The notes below the pieces were generated by a model. The model had not been told where the DNA came from. It did no database searches and saw nothing but the letters and a program-made list of their open reading frames with translations. This document shows positions 38,976-49,448 of a stretch of 64,000 nt of DNA, in pieces. This DNA is from Alphaproteobacteria bacterium. GTDB lineage: Bacteria > Pseudomonadota > Alphaproteobacteria > UBA828. Position 1 is the first letter of the stretch. Each line of letters begins with the position of its first letter. The DNA is taken from NCBI GenBank assembly GCA_963422645.2, contig CAXXVO010000017.1, forward strand, positions 128,001-192,000. Reading direction: 5' to 3'. The position numbers were made by a program, and so were the translations under genes.

Positions 38976-39015
38976 GCCGGGGTGCGTGGAGGGGTGCGCG
39001 GCGCGGGCTGGCGGT

Positions 39016-39447
39016 TTACGCCGCCTCGCTCTCCTCTTCCTCCTCGTCGTCGCCCGGCACGGGGCCCGAATCCTTGCCCTTCTCGTCCTCGTCCCGGTCG
39101 ACCAGCTCGATGATCGCCATGGGCGCGGCGTCGCCGTAGCGGTGACCGGCCTTCAGCACGCGGGTGTAACCGCCCGGGCGCTCGGCATAGCAGGGCCCCA
39201 GCGTGTCGAAGAGCTTGCGCACGACCGCCTCGTCGACGAGGTAGCCCAGCGCCTGCCGACGGGCGTGGAGGTCGCCGCGCTTGCCGAGCGTGATCATGCG
39301 CTCGACGACACCGCGCAACTCCTTCGCCTTCGGCACCGTGGTCTCGATCTGCTCGTGCTTGAGCAGCGACGTCGCCATGTTGCGGAACATCGCGCGGCGG
39401 TGGCTCGACGTCCGGTTCAGCTTGCGTTGGCCATGTCGATGGCGCAT
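39016..39447 (-). CDS. rplQ: 50S ribosomal protein L17
   Basis: [20 protein letters not shown] and [10 protein letters not shown]. Confidence 0.98.
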   Translation of the reverse strand: MRHRHGQRKLNRTSSHRRAMFRNMATSLLKHEQIETTVPKAKELRGVVERMITLGKRGDLHARRQALGYLVDEAVVRKLFDTLGPCYAERPGGYTRVLKAGHRYGDAAPMAIIELVDRDEDEKGKDSGPVPGDDEEEEESEAA

Positions 39448-39482
39448 GGCGTATCCCCCTGCGGCGTGCCTTGGGTCGGCCC

Positions 39483-40496
39483 TTAGTAGGGCTCGTCCAG
39501 CCTCTTGGCCAGCTCCTCGATGTTCTCGGGCGGCCAGTCGGAGAGCTCCATGCCGAGATAGAGGCCCATGCCGGCGAGCACGTCCTTGATCTCGTTGAGC
39601 GACTTGCGTCCGAAGTTGGGCGTCCGCAGCATTTCGGCCTCCGAATACTGCACCAGGTCGCCGATATAGATGATGTTGTCGTTCTTGAGGCAGTTTGCGG
39701 AGCGGACAGAAAGCTCCAGCTCGTCCACCTTGCGCAGCAGGTTCGGGTTGAACTCGGGCTCGACCGCTTCCTCGGCGCGCGGCAGCTCGCGCGGCTCTTC
39801 GAAGTTGATGAACATCTGAAGCTGATCCTGGAGGATCCGGGCGGCGAGCGCGGCCGAGTCTTCCGGCGACACGGTGCCGTCGGTCTCGATCCGCATCGTC
39901 AGCTTGTCGTAGTCAGTCACCTGGCCGACGCGGGTGTTCTCCACCTTGTAGGCCACCTTGCGAACCGGGCTATAGAGCGCATCCACCGGGATCAGCCCGA
40001 TCGGCGCGTCCTCGGGCCGATTCTGCGCAGCGGGGACATAGCCCTTGCCGGTCTCGACCGTGAACTCCATTTCGATTTTGGCATTCTCGTCCAGAGTGCA
40101 GATCACCACGTCCGGATCGACGATCTGAATGCCGTGACCGGCCTGGATCTGCGCCGCCGTGACCTCGCCCGGCCCGGAGGCGGTCAGCGTCATCCGCCGG
40201 GGCCCCTCGCCGTACATGCGGAGCGCCAGAAGCTTCACGTTGAGCACGATGTCGGTGATGTCCTCGCGCACGCCCTGGAGCGAGGAGAACTCGTGCAGCA
40301 CGCCGTTGATCTGCATCGACGTGACCGCGGCACCCTGCAGCGACGACAGCAGGATGCGCCTGAGCGAGTTACCGAGAGTGAGCCCGAAGCCGCGTTCCAG
40401 CGGCTCGGCCACGACACGGGCGAAGCGGGAGCCGTCTCCCTCGGGCGTCACTTCGAGCTTGTGCGGCTTGATGAGTTCCTGCCAGTTCTTCTTCAT
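39483..40496 (-). CDS. rpoA: RNA polymerase alpha subunit
   Basis: [33 protein letters not shown] and [11 protein letters not shown]. Confidence 0.99.
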   Translation of the reverse strand: MKKNWQELIKPHKLEVTPEGDGSRFARVVAEPLERGFGLTLGNSLRRILLSSLQGAAVTSMQINGVLHEFSSLQGVREDITDIVLNVKLLALRMYGEGPRRMTLTASGPGEVTAAQIQAGHGIQIVDPDVVICTLDENAKIEMEFTVETGKGYVPAAQNRPEDAPIGLIPVDALYSPVRKVAYKVENTRVGQVTDYDKLTMRIETDGTVSPEDSAALAARILQDQLQMFINFEEPRELPRAEEAVEPEFNPNLLRKVDELELSVRSANCLKNDNIIYIGDLVQYSEAEMLRTPNFGRKSLNEIKDVLAGMGLYLGMELSDWPPENIEELAKRLDEPY

Positions 40497-40577
40497 GACA
40501 CAAATTATCCCGTGTGATGGGTTGTACGCCCGTTGAATGAACGAGGTGGCGCGCCATGGCGCGCCGGAACGGTGCCG

Positions 40578-40964
40578 TCAGACGCGCCGCCGTTTCGGCG
40601 GCCGGCACCCATTGTGCGGGATCGGCGTGACGTCGCGGATTGCGGTGATCACGAAGCCCGCGCTCTGCAATGCGCGCAGTGCTGATTCACGCCCCGAGCC
40701 CGGCCCCTTGACCTCGACCTCGAGGGACTTGACGCCGTGCTCGGCGGCCTTGCGGCCGGCCTCCTCCGCCGCCATCTGAGCAGCGTAGGGGGTCGACTTG
40801 CGCGAGCCGCGAAAGCCCATGCTGCCGGCCGACGACCAGGCGATCGCGTTGCCCTGGACGTCGGTGATGGTAATCATCGTGCTGTTGAAGGTGGCGCTTA
40901 CATGGGCGATTCCGGAAGAGATGTTCTTTCGCTCGCGGCGCCGTGTGCGCGTGGGTTTCGCCAT
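40578..40964 (-). CDS. rpsK: 30S ribosomal protein S11
   Basis: [13 protein letters not shown] and [18 protein letters not shown]. Confidence 0.99.
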   Translation of the reverse strand: MAKPTRTRRRERKNISSGIAHVSATFNSTMITITDVQGNAIAWSSAGSMGFRGSRKSTPYAAQMAAEEAGRKAAEHGVKSLEVEVKGPGSGRESALRALQSAGFVITAIRDVTPIPHNGCRPPKRRRV

Positions 40965-40976
40965 CCTCGCTACCCT

Positions 40977-41345
40977 CTACTTCTTCCTGCCTGCGATCGG
41001 GCGAGCCGGCCCCTTGCGCGTGCGTGCGTTGGTGTGGGTGCGCTGGCCGCGCACCGGGAGGCCACGCCTGTGCCGGAGCCCCCGGTAGGTGCCGAGGTCC
41101 ATCAGCCGCTTGATGTTCATCGCGACCTCGCGGCGGAGGTCGCCCTCGACCACATAGCTCTGGTCGATCACCTCGCGGATGCGGATGACTTCTGCATCGC
41201 TCAGCTGGCTTACCCGCTTCTCGGCCGGCAGGCCCACCGTCTCGCGAATTTGCCGGGCCTTAGTGCGCCCGATACCGTGGATATAGGTCAACGAGATCTC
41301 GACCCGCTTATTGGTCGGGATGTTGACGCCGGCGATACGCGCCAC
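40977..41345 (-). CDS. rpsM: 30S ribosomal protein S13
   Basis: [10 protein letters not shown] and [17 protein letters not shown]. Confidence 0.99.
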   Translation of the reverse strand: MARIAGVNIPTNKRVEISLTYIHGIGRTKARQIRETVGLPAEKRVSQLSDAEVIRIREVIDQSYVVEGDLRREVAMNIKRLMDLGTYRGLRHRRGLPVRGQRTHTNARTRKGPARPIAGRKK

Positions 41346-41411
41346 GCTGGAGCCTCCTCGCAGGGGGAAAGGTACGCGGCGATGCTGCGGCGCGCACCCT
41401 TAACGGCGCTT

Positions 41412-41440
41412 CGATTACACCGCGCGTGCGCTCGAGTCAA
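41412..41440 (-). promoter_or_regulatory. Candidate sigma70 promoter of rpsM operon
   Basis: TTGACT-N17-TAATCG on the minus strand, ~65 bp upstream of rpsM. Confidence 0.45.
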
Positions 41441-41472
41441 TGGCGCGTGGCTGCTCGCGGCACCTCGGCGCC

Positions 41473-41533
41473 GGCCGGCTGCCGTGAGCGACAAAACGCT
41501 AGAGCGTTTCCGCGTAAGACGGAAACGCTCTAG
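41473..41533. repeat. Partial TAGAGC-family repeat merged with a perfect 14-bp hairpin
   Basis: GGCCGGCTGCCGTGAGCGACAAAACGCT (reverse complement of 2848-2875), then CTAGAGCGTTTCCG-N7-CGGAAACGCTCTAG. Confidence 0.75.
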
Positions 41534-41565
41534 CATGGCGCCGCCGGCGAGGGGAGGCTCTGTCC

Positions 41566-42621
41566 ATGGCGCACTATCGAATTGCGGTGATTCCAGGCGA
41601 TGGCATCGGCAACGAGGTCATGCCCGAGGCCATGCGGGTGCTGGAGGCCGCCGGCCGGCGCTTCGATATCGGCTTCGATTGGCAGCACTTCGGCTGGAAC
41701 TGCGAGACCTACGGCAAGACCGGCCGGATGATGCCGGAGGACGGGATCGAGGTGCTGCGCCCCTTCGACGCGATCCTGCTGGGCGCGGTGGGCTTCCCAG
41801 GCGTGCCGGACCACGTATCGCTCTGGGGCCTGCTGATCCCGCTGCGCCGGGCCTTCCGCCAGTACGTCAATCTGCGCCCGATCAAGCTGCTCCGGGGCGT
41901 GACCTCGCCGCTCGCAGGCCGCACCTCGGCGGACATCGATTTCGTTATCGTGCGTGAGAACAACGAGGGCGAGTATTCCGAGATGGGCGGGCGCATCTAC
42001 GCCGGCACCGAGCAGGAGGCGGTGGTGCAGGAGAGCGTCTTCACCCGACAGGGCGTCGACCGGGTGATGCGCTACGCCTTCGAGCTCGCGCGGATCCGAC
42101 GCGGCCGCGTGGCCTCGGCGACCAAATCCAACGGCATCATCCACACCATGCCCTACTGGGACGAGCGCTTCGCGGTTCATGCTGCAGAGTTCCCGGATGT
42201 GGAGACCGACAGCTTTCATATCGACATTCTGAGCGCCCACTTCGTGCAGCATCCAGACTGGTTCGACGTGGTGGTGGGCAGCAATCTCTTCGGCGACATC
42301 CTCTCGGACCTCGGCGCCGCCGTGGCGGGCGGCATGGGCCTGGCACCGGCCGCCAACCTCAACCCGGATCGCGACCATCCCTCCATGTTCGAGCCGGTGC
42401 ACGGCTCCGCGCCCGACATCGCCGGCCGCGCCATCGCCAATCCGGTCGCCATGATCTGGACCGGCGCGATGATGGTGGACCATCTCGGCCACGGCGACGC
42501 GGCCCGCGCCATCGAGGGCGCCATCGAGACGGTGCTCGGCGAAGGCGCGCCGCTGACCCCAGATCTCGGCGGCAGCGCCAGCACGGAAGACGTGGGCAAA
42601 GCGGTGGCTGCGGCGCTTTGA
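41566..42621 (+). CDS. Tartrate dehydrogenase/D-malate dehydrogenase (decarboxylating)
   Basis: IPGDGIG, VPDHVSLWGLLIPLRR, TKSNG...MPYWD and FEPVHGSAPDIAG. Confidence 0.88.
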   Translation: MAHYRIAVIPGDGIGNEVMPEAMRVLEAAGRRFDIGFDWQHFGWNCETYGKTGRMMPEDGIEVLRPFDAILLGAVGFPGVPDHVSLWGLLIPLRRAFRQYVNLRPIKLLRGVTSPLAGRTSADIDFVIVRENNEGEYSEMGGRIYAGTEQEAVVQESVFTRQGVDRVMRYAFELARIRRGRVASATKSNGIIHTMPYWDERFAVHAAEFPDVETDSFHIDILSAHFVQHPDWFDVVVGSNLFGDILSDLGAAVAGGMGLAPAANLNPDRDHPSMFEPVHGSAPDIAGRAIANPVAMIWTGAMMVDHLGHGDAARAIEGAIETVLGEGAPLTPDLGGSASTEDVGKAVAAAL

Positions 42622-42670
42622 ATGCTGCCCCGCCCCGCGTGTCGCGGCCGGGACCGAGGCCCAATCCCGC

Positions 42671-42708
42671 TTGCGCCATGGCGCGGCGACGCCTAAGTTA
42701 CATGTAAC
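42671..42708 (+). promoter_or_regulatory. TA promoter with operator palindrome
   Basis: TTGCGC-N17-TAAGTT overlapped by palindrome GTTACATGTAAC (42697-42708). Confidence 0.6.
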
Positions 42709-42725
42709 CAACGGGATGACGATCC

Positions 42726-42953
42726 GTGGCAAGCCCGCCGAAGAGCTCGAAGGCAGCGAACGAGAAGGTTCGCCGGCATCGTGTGCGCCTGCGTGAGCAG
42801 GGGCTTCGCCCCTTGCAAGTCTGGGTGCCCGACACCCGAACACCGGGTTTTGCGGAGGAGGCGCGCAGACAGTCGCTGGCCGTGGCCGCGAGCGTTCATG
42901 CCAAGGCGGACCAGAGGTTTGTCGACGCCATCAGCGAGATCGATATCGCGTGA
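42726..42953 (+). CDS. MazE-like antitoxin (DUF3018)
   Basis: VRRHRVRLREQGLRPLQVWVPDTR...FAEEARRQS. Confidence 0.88.
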   Translation: MASPPKSSKAANEKVRRHRVRLREQGLRPLQVWVPDTRTPGFAEEARRQSLAVAASVHAKADQRFVDAISEIDIA

Positions 42954-43276
42954 GGCGGGGTGAGTTGTGGGTCGCTGCGGGCGGCGGCGACTATACGGGC
43001 AAGCCAAGACCCGTCGTGATCGTTCAGGACGACCGCTTCGAGCATTCCAACTCGGTGACGGTCTGTGCATTGACCAGCGACCCGACCGATGCGCCGCTCT
43101 TTCGCGTCGCGCTCTCCCCGAGTCCCGAGAACGGCCTGTTCGAGGCCTGCCGGGTCATGGTCGACAAGATCACCACCGTCCGACGGGAGCGTCTGAGTCG
43201 ACGGATCGGTGCCCTCTCCGACAGGGATATGCGAAGGATCGGTCAGGCAATTCTCGTCTTTCTAGGCATCGCCTGA
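42950..43276 (+). CDS. mazF: PemK/MazF toxin
   Basis: MRRGELW...GKPRPVVIVQDD...MVDKITTV; overlaps the antitoxin stop. Confidence 0.9.
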   Translation: MRRGELWVAAGGGDYTGKPRPVVIVQDDRFEHSNSVTVCALTSDPTDAPLFRVALSPSPENGLFEACRVMVDKITTVRRERLSRRIGALSDRDMRRIGQAILVFLGIA

Positions 43277-43432
43277 TGGAATGTTTGCCCCACGGGCCGG
43301 TCGTACGCCCCGGCGCGTTCGCTTGACAGCCTTGCGGCGGGTGCTAGGGTCGGAGGCCTGCGAAAGGGGCAGGGAGCGGCACGATTGGCGGGTCGCGCGA
43401 CCTCCAGTGAAGCCCCGACACACGGCGAGGCC

Positions 43433-44851
43433 GTGGCGAAAAAGCTCTACGTCAAGACCTTCGGCTGCCAGATGAACGTCTACGACTCCGCCCGCATGGC
43501 GGACGTCCTGGCGCCGCTCGGCTATCGCTCGACAACGGAGATCGAGGACGCCGATCTGGTCGTCCTCAACACCTGCCACATCCGTGAGAAGGCGGCGGAG
43601 AAAGTCTATTCCGAGCTCGGGCGGTTGCGCGCGCTGAAGCAGGCGCGCCAACGGCGCGGCGGGGAGATGCTGCTCGCCGTCGCAGGCTGCGTCGCCCAGG
43701 CCGAGGGTGAGGAGGTTGCTGCCCGCGCGCCCTTCGTCGATATCGTCGTCGGACCCCAAGCGTATCATCGCTTGCCGGACATGGTGACGCGCGCCCGACG
43801 CGAGCGACGCGCTGTCGTCGATACGTCCATGCCGGCGGACTCCCGCTTCGACCACTTGCCTGAGGAGCTTGCAGGCCGGCAGCCGGGACGAGGCGTCTCG
43901 TCCTTCCTCACGATTCAGGAAGGGTGTGATCGTTTCTGCACCTTCTGCGTCGTGCCCTATACCCGGGGAGCCGAGGAGTCACGCCCCGCCGCAGATGTCG
44001 AAGCCGAGGCGCGCCGCCTCGTCGCCGCCGGCGCCCGCGAGATCGTGCTGCTGGGCCAGAACGTCAACGCCTACCACGGTGCGGCCGACGCCAACGGGGG
44101 CGAGAGCGATTTGGCGGGGTTGATCGGCCGCCTGGCTGCCATCGGGGGGCTGGAGCGGCTGCGCTACACCACCTCGCATCCACGCGACATGACGCCTGCG
44201 CTGATCGAGGCACACGGGGCCGAGCCGAAGCTGATGCCCTTCCTGCACCTGCCTGTTCAGTCCGGGTCCGACCCTATCCTCGCCGCCATGAACCGAGGCC
44301 ATGGCGCCGATCGCTACCTGCGCCTTGTGGACGCACTCCGCGCCGCGCAGCCCGAGATCGCGCTCTCCAGCGACTTTATCGTGGGCTTCCCCGGCGAGAC
44401 AGAGGCGGATTTCGAGGAGACGATGGCGCTCGTACGAGAGGTCGAGTACGCGCAGGCCTTCTCCTTCAAGTACAGCCCACGTCCAGGCACCCCGGCGGCC
44501 GAGCGCGACGACCGCGTGGCCGAAGCGGTCGCGGCCGAGCGCCTCAGCAGGCTCCAGCGCCTGCTCGACGTTCAGAAGCGGCGCTTCAACGCGAGCCTGG
44601 TGGGGCGGACGCTCCCGGTGCTCTTCGAGAGGCACGGCCGCCACCCTGGTCAGGTCGCAGGCCGCACGCCATATATGCAGTGGCTCCATGTGGAGGGCGA
44701 TGAGGCGTTGATCGGCACCGTTGCAGAGGCAATCGTGACTGACGCCTCGCCTAACGGCCTCGCAGGCATGCTGGCGAGCGGCGCGGGCGCGAGCACCCAT
44801 GGCCGCGCGGGCGCGGCTGGCCTGGGCGTTGCAGGAGTCGTTCCCGCGTGA
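43433..44851 (+). CDS. miaB: tRNA methylthiotransferase MiaB
   Basis: [20 protein letters not shown], radical [11 protein letters not shown] and TRAM domain. Confidence 0.97.
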   Translation: MAKKLYVKTFGCQMNVYDSARMADVLAPLGYRSTTEIEDADLVVLNTCHIREKAAEKVYSELGRLRALKQARQRRGGEMLLAVAGCVAQAEGEEVAARAPFVDIVVGPQAYHRLPDMVTRARRERRAVVDTSMPADSRFDHLPEELAGRQPGRGVSSFLTIQEGCDRFCTFCVVPYTRGAEESRPAADVEAEARRLVAAGAREIVLLGQNVNAYHGAADANGGESDLAGLIGRLAAIGGLERLRYTTSHPRDMTPALIEAHGAEPKLMPFLHLPVQSGSDPILAAMNRGHGADRYLRLVDALRAAQPEIALSSDFIVGFPGETEADFEETMALVREVEYAQAFSFKYSPRPGTPAAERDDRVAEAVAAERLSRLQRLLDVQKRRFNASLVGRTLPVLFERHGRHPGQVAGRTPYMQWLHVEGDEALIGTVAEAIVTDASPNGLAGMLASGAGASTHGRAGAAGLGVAGVVPA

Positions 44852-45615
44852 GCCGCCCTGCACCCCAATGGCATTCATTTGGCGCGAAGATTGTTCCGGG
44901 GTTTTTTTGGTGGTGTCGTAACGAGTTGGTAACTGCCCAGGTTCTTGCTGTGAAAATTCTCTGGGATTCGGCACAACGCTACCCACGCGACGCCCGTGTG
45001 CTCCTCTGGGGTCGCCGGGTTTCACAGCTCACGATGCCCCTCTTGCGGACTGCGACCGGTAAGCTACCCCGATGTGGCCCGAAGTCCGCCCGCGCGACGG
45101 GCACCGATTTTCATTCTATGGGGTGGTCCAGCACGGCGTCGACCATGATCGTTTATGAGAATGGCTCCGCTGTTGGAGAACCCGTGCCAGGTGAGCTTAC
45201 GCGCACTTGACGGTGGCGATGAGCCGATCCGATGGGCTGGTCAGGGCTTCGATGATATTCCAGCCCTGCTTTCTGGCGGTGGTGATGACGCTGCGCAGGA
45301 TGGCGAAGTTCTCGGCCCCCTGCGCGGACCGGAAGCCCCCGGAGATCTTCTGGCGCAGCTTCATCATCCGAAGGTCGCGCTCGGCCTCGTTGTTCGTGAA
45401 CCCGACCTCGAGGTCGATCAGGAACCGGAGCACCGCGCATTTGTGGTCGCGCAGCCTCAAGGCCAGATTGTGACCGATCCTTCGCTTCCGGCGCTTCTTC
45501 CTCTTGCCAGGCGAGAACGGTGGTTGGCTCTCGTGAAAGGCCAGCGCATCGGCGATGATCTCGTCGTATCGGCGCTCGATCAGCGCCACAAGCCTCGCCG
45601 GAACGGCGATATCCT

Positions 45616-48127
45616 CAGACTTCCTGACCTCGTGATGCTGGCTGTTCTGGGCAGCGTGCCGGGAACTCCTTGAATTCTGATACATTTCGGTTGTTTCAGG
45701 CGGTTTTTCGCTGGGTGTCGCGCCCGAGGTCTGATATTATAATTTGATACCAATTGCACGGTCTCAACCATGCCCAGTACCCTCCCAATGTGCCCTCCAG
45801 AGGCGGTCTCGATCGGCAACAGCTGCTTCGCCGTCCTGATCTCGGACGACACCTTCACCTACTTTTCCAACCTCATTCCCTTTGACAGCCACGCCGCCGA
45901 TGACCGCACGGCCATGCTCTTGCGGATCGGCCGCCTCGCGGCGATCAGCGCGGTCTCGCCGCAGGAACTGGCTGACGCTTTCGCTGTCTCGCGCGCGACG
46001 GTGCAGCGCGCACGACGGCGCTACCTGGCCGAGGGCGAAGCGGGGTTCATGAAGCCCCGGCGCGGTCGCGGGCCGTCGGTGTTCACTCCGGAGTTGGCGG
46101 AGAAGGCGACGGCGTTGCTGGCATCGGGCCTGAGCGGCTCTGCGGCGGCCCGGGTTCTCGGCGTGTCAGCGCCATCGGTCAACAAGTGGCGCCGTCAGGG
46201 ACTGATCGGCAACACGGAGGCGGATGGGGAGCCCGGACGCTCAGCGCTGGCTGCGCCGCCTGACGCGGGTGCGGCTCCTGAAGGCCGTGTCGATGAAGAG
46301 AGTACCGGTGCCCCGGGGCCGGAGACGGCGCCGGGGCTGGAAGCGCAGCCGCAAACGGATCGCAGCGCGCGCGATCGGCGGGACCGGCAGGCGCCGATGG
46401 GGCGTGCGACTTGCGATGTTCCGGCTCGGGTTCTGGCCAGTTGTGGACAGGCGGGGCCGGTCGAACCGCAGTTCGCCGCCGCCGCCCGCGGTGTCCGCTT
46501 CGGCGGCGTGCTCGCCGCCCTGCCGGCCCTGCTGAAGGAAGGTCTTCTCTCCGAGACCGGTCTCCTGCCATTGCTGCCGAAGGGCTATTACGGCTTGCCT
46601 ACGATCCTGCTCTTCCTGGCCTTCATGACCTTGGCGCGGGTGCGCAACCCCGAGAGCCTGCGCTACCAGGCGCCGGGCGAATGGGGCGCCATTCTCGGCC
46701 TCGATCGCTGCCCCGAGGTCAAGACGCTGCGCCGCAAGATCGCTCTCATCGCCGACGACGAGGCCGGCGTGCGGGCGTGGCAGCTCGCCCTTGCCAGGCG
46801 CTGGCAAGGCCGACGAGCCGGAGCTCTGGGCGACGCTGGCCATCGACGGGCACGTCAAGGTCTACTCCGGCCGCAAGGGGCGCTTGCCCAAGCACTTCGT
46901 CTCGCGCGAGAAGCTGTGCCTGCCGGCGAGCGCCAGCTACTGGATCAACGCTCTGGGCGGCAAGCCGCTGCTCTGTCTGCACAAGCCGCTGGACCCGAAG
47001 ATGGTCGCGGCCATCGAAGCCGACGTGGTGCCGGCGCTGCAGGAGCTTGGGATCGTTGGCGCCGGGGCGCCGGACCTGACCGCCGAGCATCCCGGCCAGC
47101 CGGCGCTCACCCTGGTCTTCGACCGCGAGGGCTGGAGCCCGGATCTGTTCCGCCGGCTGGCGAGGCGCGGCGTCGCCTGCCTGACCTGGCACAAGAACTT
47201 CAGGGGCGAGGACTGGCCGGCCGAGGACTTCGGCGCGATGACCGTTCCCATTCACGGACCGGCGGCGGACGGCAGCGCCACCATGCGGCTGGCTGAGAAG
47301 CCGGTGACGTTGCCGAACGGCTTCAGGGTGCGCCAGATCCGCCGCCTGCTCGACAACGGCCGTCAGGTGCCGCTGATCACCACCGATCCGCACAAGCCGA
47401 TGGCTGAGGTTGCGGGCGCCATGTTCTCGCGCTGGTCGCAGGAGAACTTCTTCAAGTACATGCGTGACGAGTTCAATCTCGACGCCCTGCCGACCCACGA
47501 GCTCGAGCCTCTCGATCCCGCCGCCATGGTCGTCAACCCGCTGCGGCGGGCCTATGACAAGGCAATCCATCGCCTCGACCGCCAGCTTGGCCGCCTGCGC
47601 AACCGCATCGCCGACACGGCCCGGAAGAAGCAGCCGACGGCGGAACTCAGGAGGGAAGTCAGGGACCTCCAGGATGTCCGCGACATCGTCAGGGCCAGCC
47701 GCAGGGAGACGCCCAAGCACTGCCGGGCCGGCGACCTCGACGAAGCCGAGCAGCTCGATGCCTTGCCCGCGCGCGAGCGCCTCCTCCTCGACGTCATCCG
47801 GATGATCGCCTACCGCGCCGAAACCCGCATGATGCTTCCCGTCATGCAGGCGCAGGGCCACAAGCCCCATCCCCGGAAACTGCTTCAAGCGCTGCTCACC
47901 GCCGATGCCGACATCCTGCCGGATCCTGGCAATGGCCTCCTGCGGGTCCACATTCTTGGCCTCGCAAACGACGCCTGCGACCGTTGGATCGATGCGGTTC
48001 TGAGCGACCTGAACGCCACCGAAACGGTCTTCCCCGGCACCCGTCTGCGCATAGTCTACGACATCGACGGGGCCTCGGAATCCGCGCGGCTCGTGTCACC
48101 TAAAATCAGCAGAGGTCAGGAAGTCTG
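45616..48127 (+). mobile_element. Unclassified DDE IS (large HTH-containing transposase, ISNCY-like), 2512 bp
   Basis: TIRs CAGACTTCCTGACCTC / GAGGTCAGGAAGTCTG; TSD ATCCT (or TCC if the flanking T/A belong to the TIR). Confidence 0.9.
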
Positions 48128-48128
48128 A
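45770..48128 (+). pseudogene. Transposase (~785 aa if corrected) with +1 frameshift at ~46806
   Basis: Two N-terminal HTHs, then AIDGH, VFDREG and RWSQENFFK (DDE) in the +1 frame; stop codon formed at the element end (RGQEV*). Confidence 0.85.
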
Positions 48129-49448
48129 TCCTTGTCCAGCGCGATGCGGGCGGCGCGATTGGCTCGGCGCAGGAGCTGCTGCATCCGCCGGGCCCAAGCC
48201 TCCCCTTCGATGTCCACCAGCGCCTGCAACTCCCGCAGGTGATGGGCGTTGCACAGGCCGTGCTCCACCCCTTCCATCGCGAAGTACGGCTTCCAGTGAT
48301 CGTGCACGACGATGCCGGAGACACCCGAGAGCAGGGCGCCGCGCTTGCCGCTGACCCGGTACGCCGCCAGCAGCGGCGTGCAGATCACATGAAGCCACTG
48401 CGTCTGACCGCCGATCCGCAAGCCGGTCTCGTCCATGTGTTTCACCCGCGCCGTGCCCGCCGCCAGGTCCTGTATGTGCAAGGCCGCGTCCCGCAGCCGC
48501 TCGGCCGCCCTCTCGCTCATCGTCGCCAACGTCGCAGCCGTCACCGGCGCGCCGAAGAGCTCGGCCATCACCTGCGACAGCCGATCCTCCGGCAGGAAGT
48601 GAGCGTGCTGAAGGTAGACCGCCACCCCGGCAATGCGCGGGCCGTACTGCACCGGCGCCGACACCCCGTCGGGGAACGCCGCCCGGGTCACCGTCCCGCA
48701 ATGCCCGCAGCACTTGGCATGCGCCCGGTGCTCGGTCACCTCCAGGGGGCTCGGCTCGGGCAGATCGAACACCTGGCGGGCGACGGGCGTTCCCGCCCTG
48801 GCCGCGTCCGAAAGCGGCGAACCGCATCCCTTGCAGGAAGCCGGGACGTGATCCTTCACCCGATCCGGGTGATCGGCGCGGCGCAGCGTCTTGCCCTTGT
48901 GGCCGGGCTGGCCACCGGGCTTGCGGCCCGATTTGCCGCGCAGGCTTCGGGTTCGCCGCTTCGAATTCGGCTTCCTCAGCCCATCGCTCGAAGGCGGCTT
49001 GCCGCTGTTGCCGCTGTTGAGGCCGAGACGGCGCTCCAACTCCTCGATGCGCTCGACGAGACGCGCGACTTGCTCTTCCAGCCGCGCGTTCTGCTGCCGA
49101 AGCCAGGCATTTTCCTCCCGAAGCCGGGCGTTCTCCTCCTCCAGGCGGGCGATCTTCTGCGCGGGCGTTTCGGGCGCTGCTCCCGTCGAAGGGCCGCGCG
49201 GCGACTCGGGATTGCTCATGTCGTTGTTGAGTCATTTCCCGAAATTCCCGTCAAGCCCTTTCCACCAACTCCGAACGAGAAACGCCTCAATCCACTGGCC
49301 CAAAATGACAAATCAGACGACCTGGGCAGTTACACGAGTTGATTTCTTGTGTGGATTGTCGGTCTCGGCGTTTCCCGCACGAGGGGGATTGACCGGCGGC
49401 GTGTGCTTTGGCACACTGTGGCTGTCCCCCTGTCAGTGGAGCCGGCCC

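Larger units (their letters stand above)
45197..49219 (-). pseudogene. IS66 transposase split by inner IS (pieces 48128-49219 and 45197-45615)
   Basis: Matches 8887-10392, broken at ...IALDKD|IAVPAR... Confidence 0.93.
44929..49333 (-). mobile_element. Second copy of the IS66 element, nested in IS4 and itself interrupted
   Basis: Same TIRs as 8619-10506; 8-bp TSD ACGAGTTG (44921-44928, 49334-49341); 1888 bp after removing the inner IS and one TSD copy. Confidence 0.95.

Noticed and set aside
40497-40577. Absence of rpsD between rpsK and rpoA
   Set aside because: Normal for Alphaproteobacteria, where rpsD is encoded elsewhere.
48891-49448. N-terminal extension making the IS4 transposase 923 aa
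   Set aside because: The extension is the antisense strand of the nested IS66; the real start is most likely ATG 49449.
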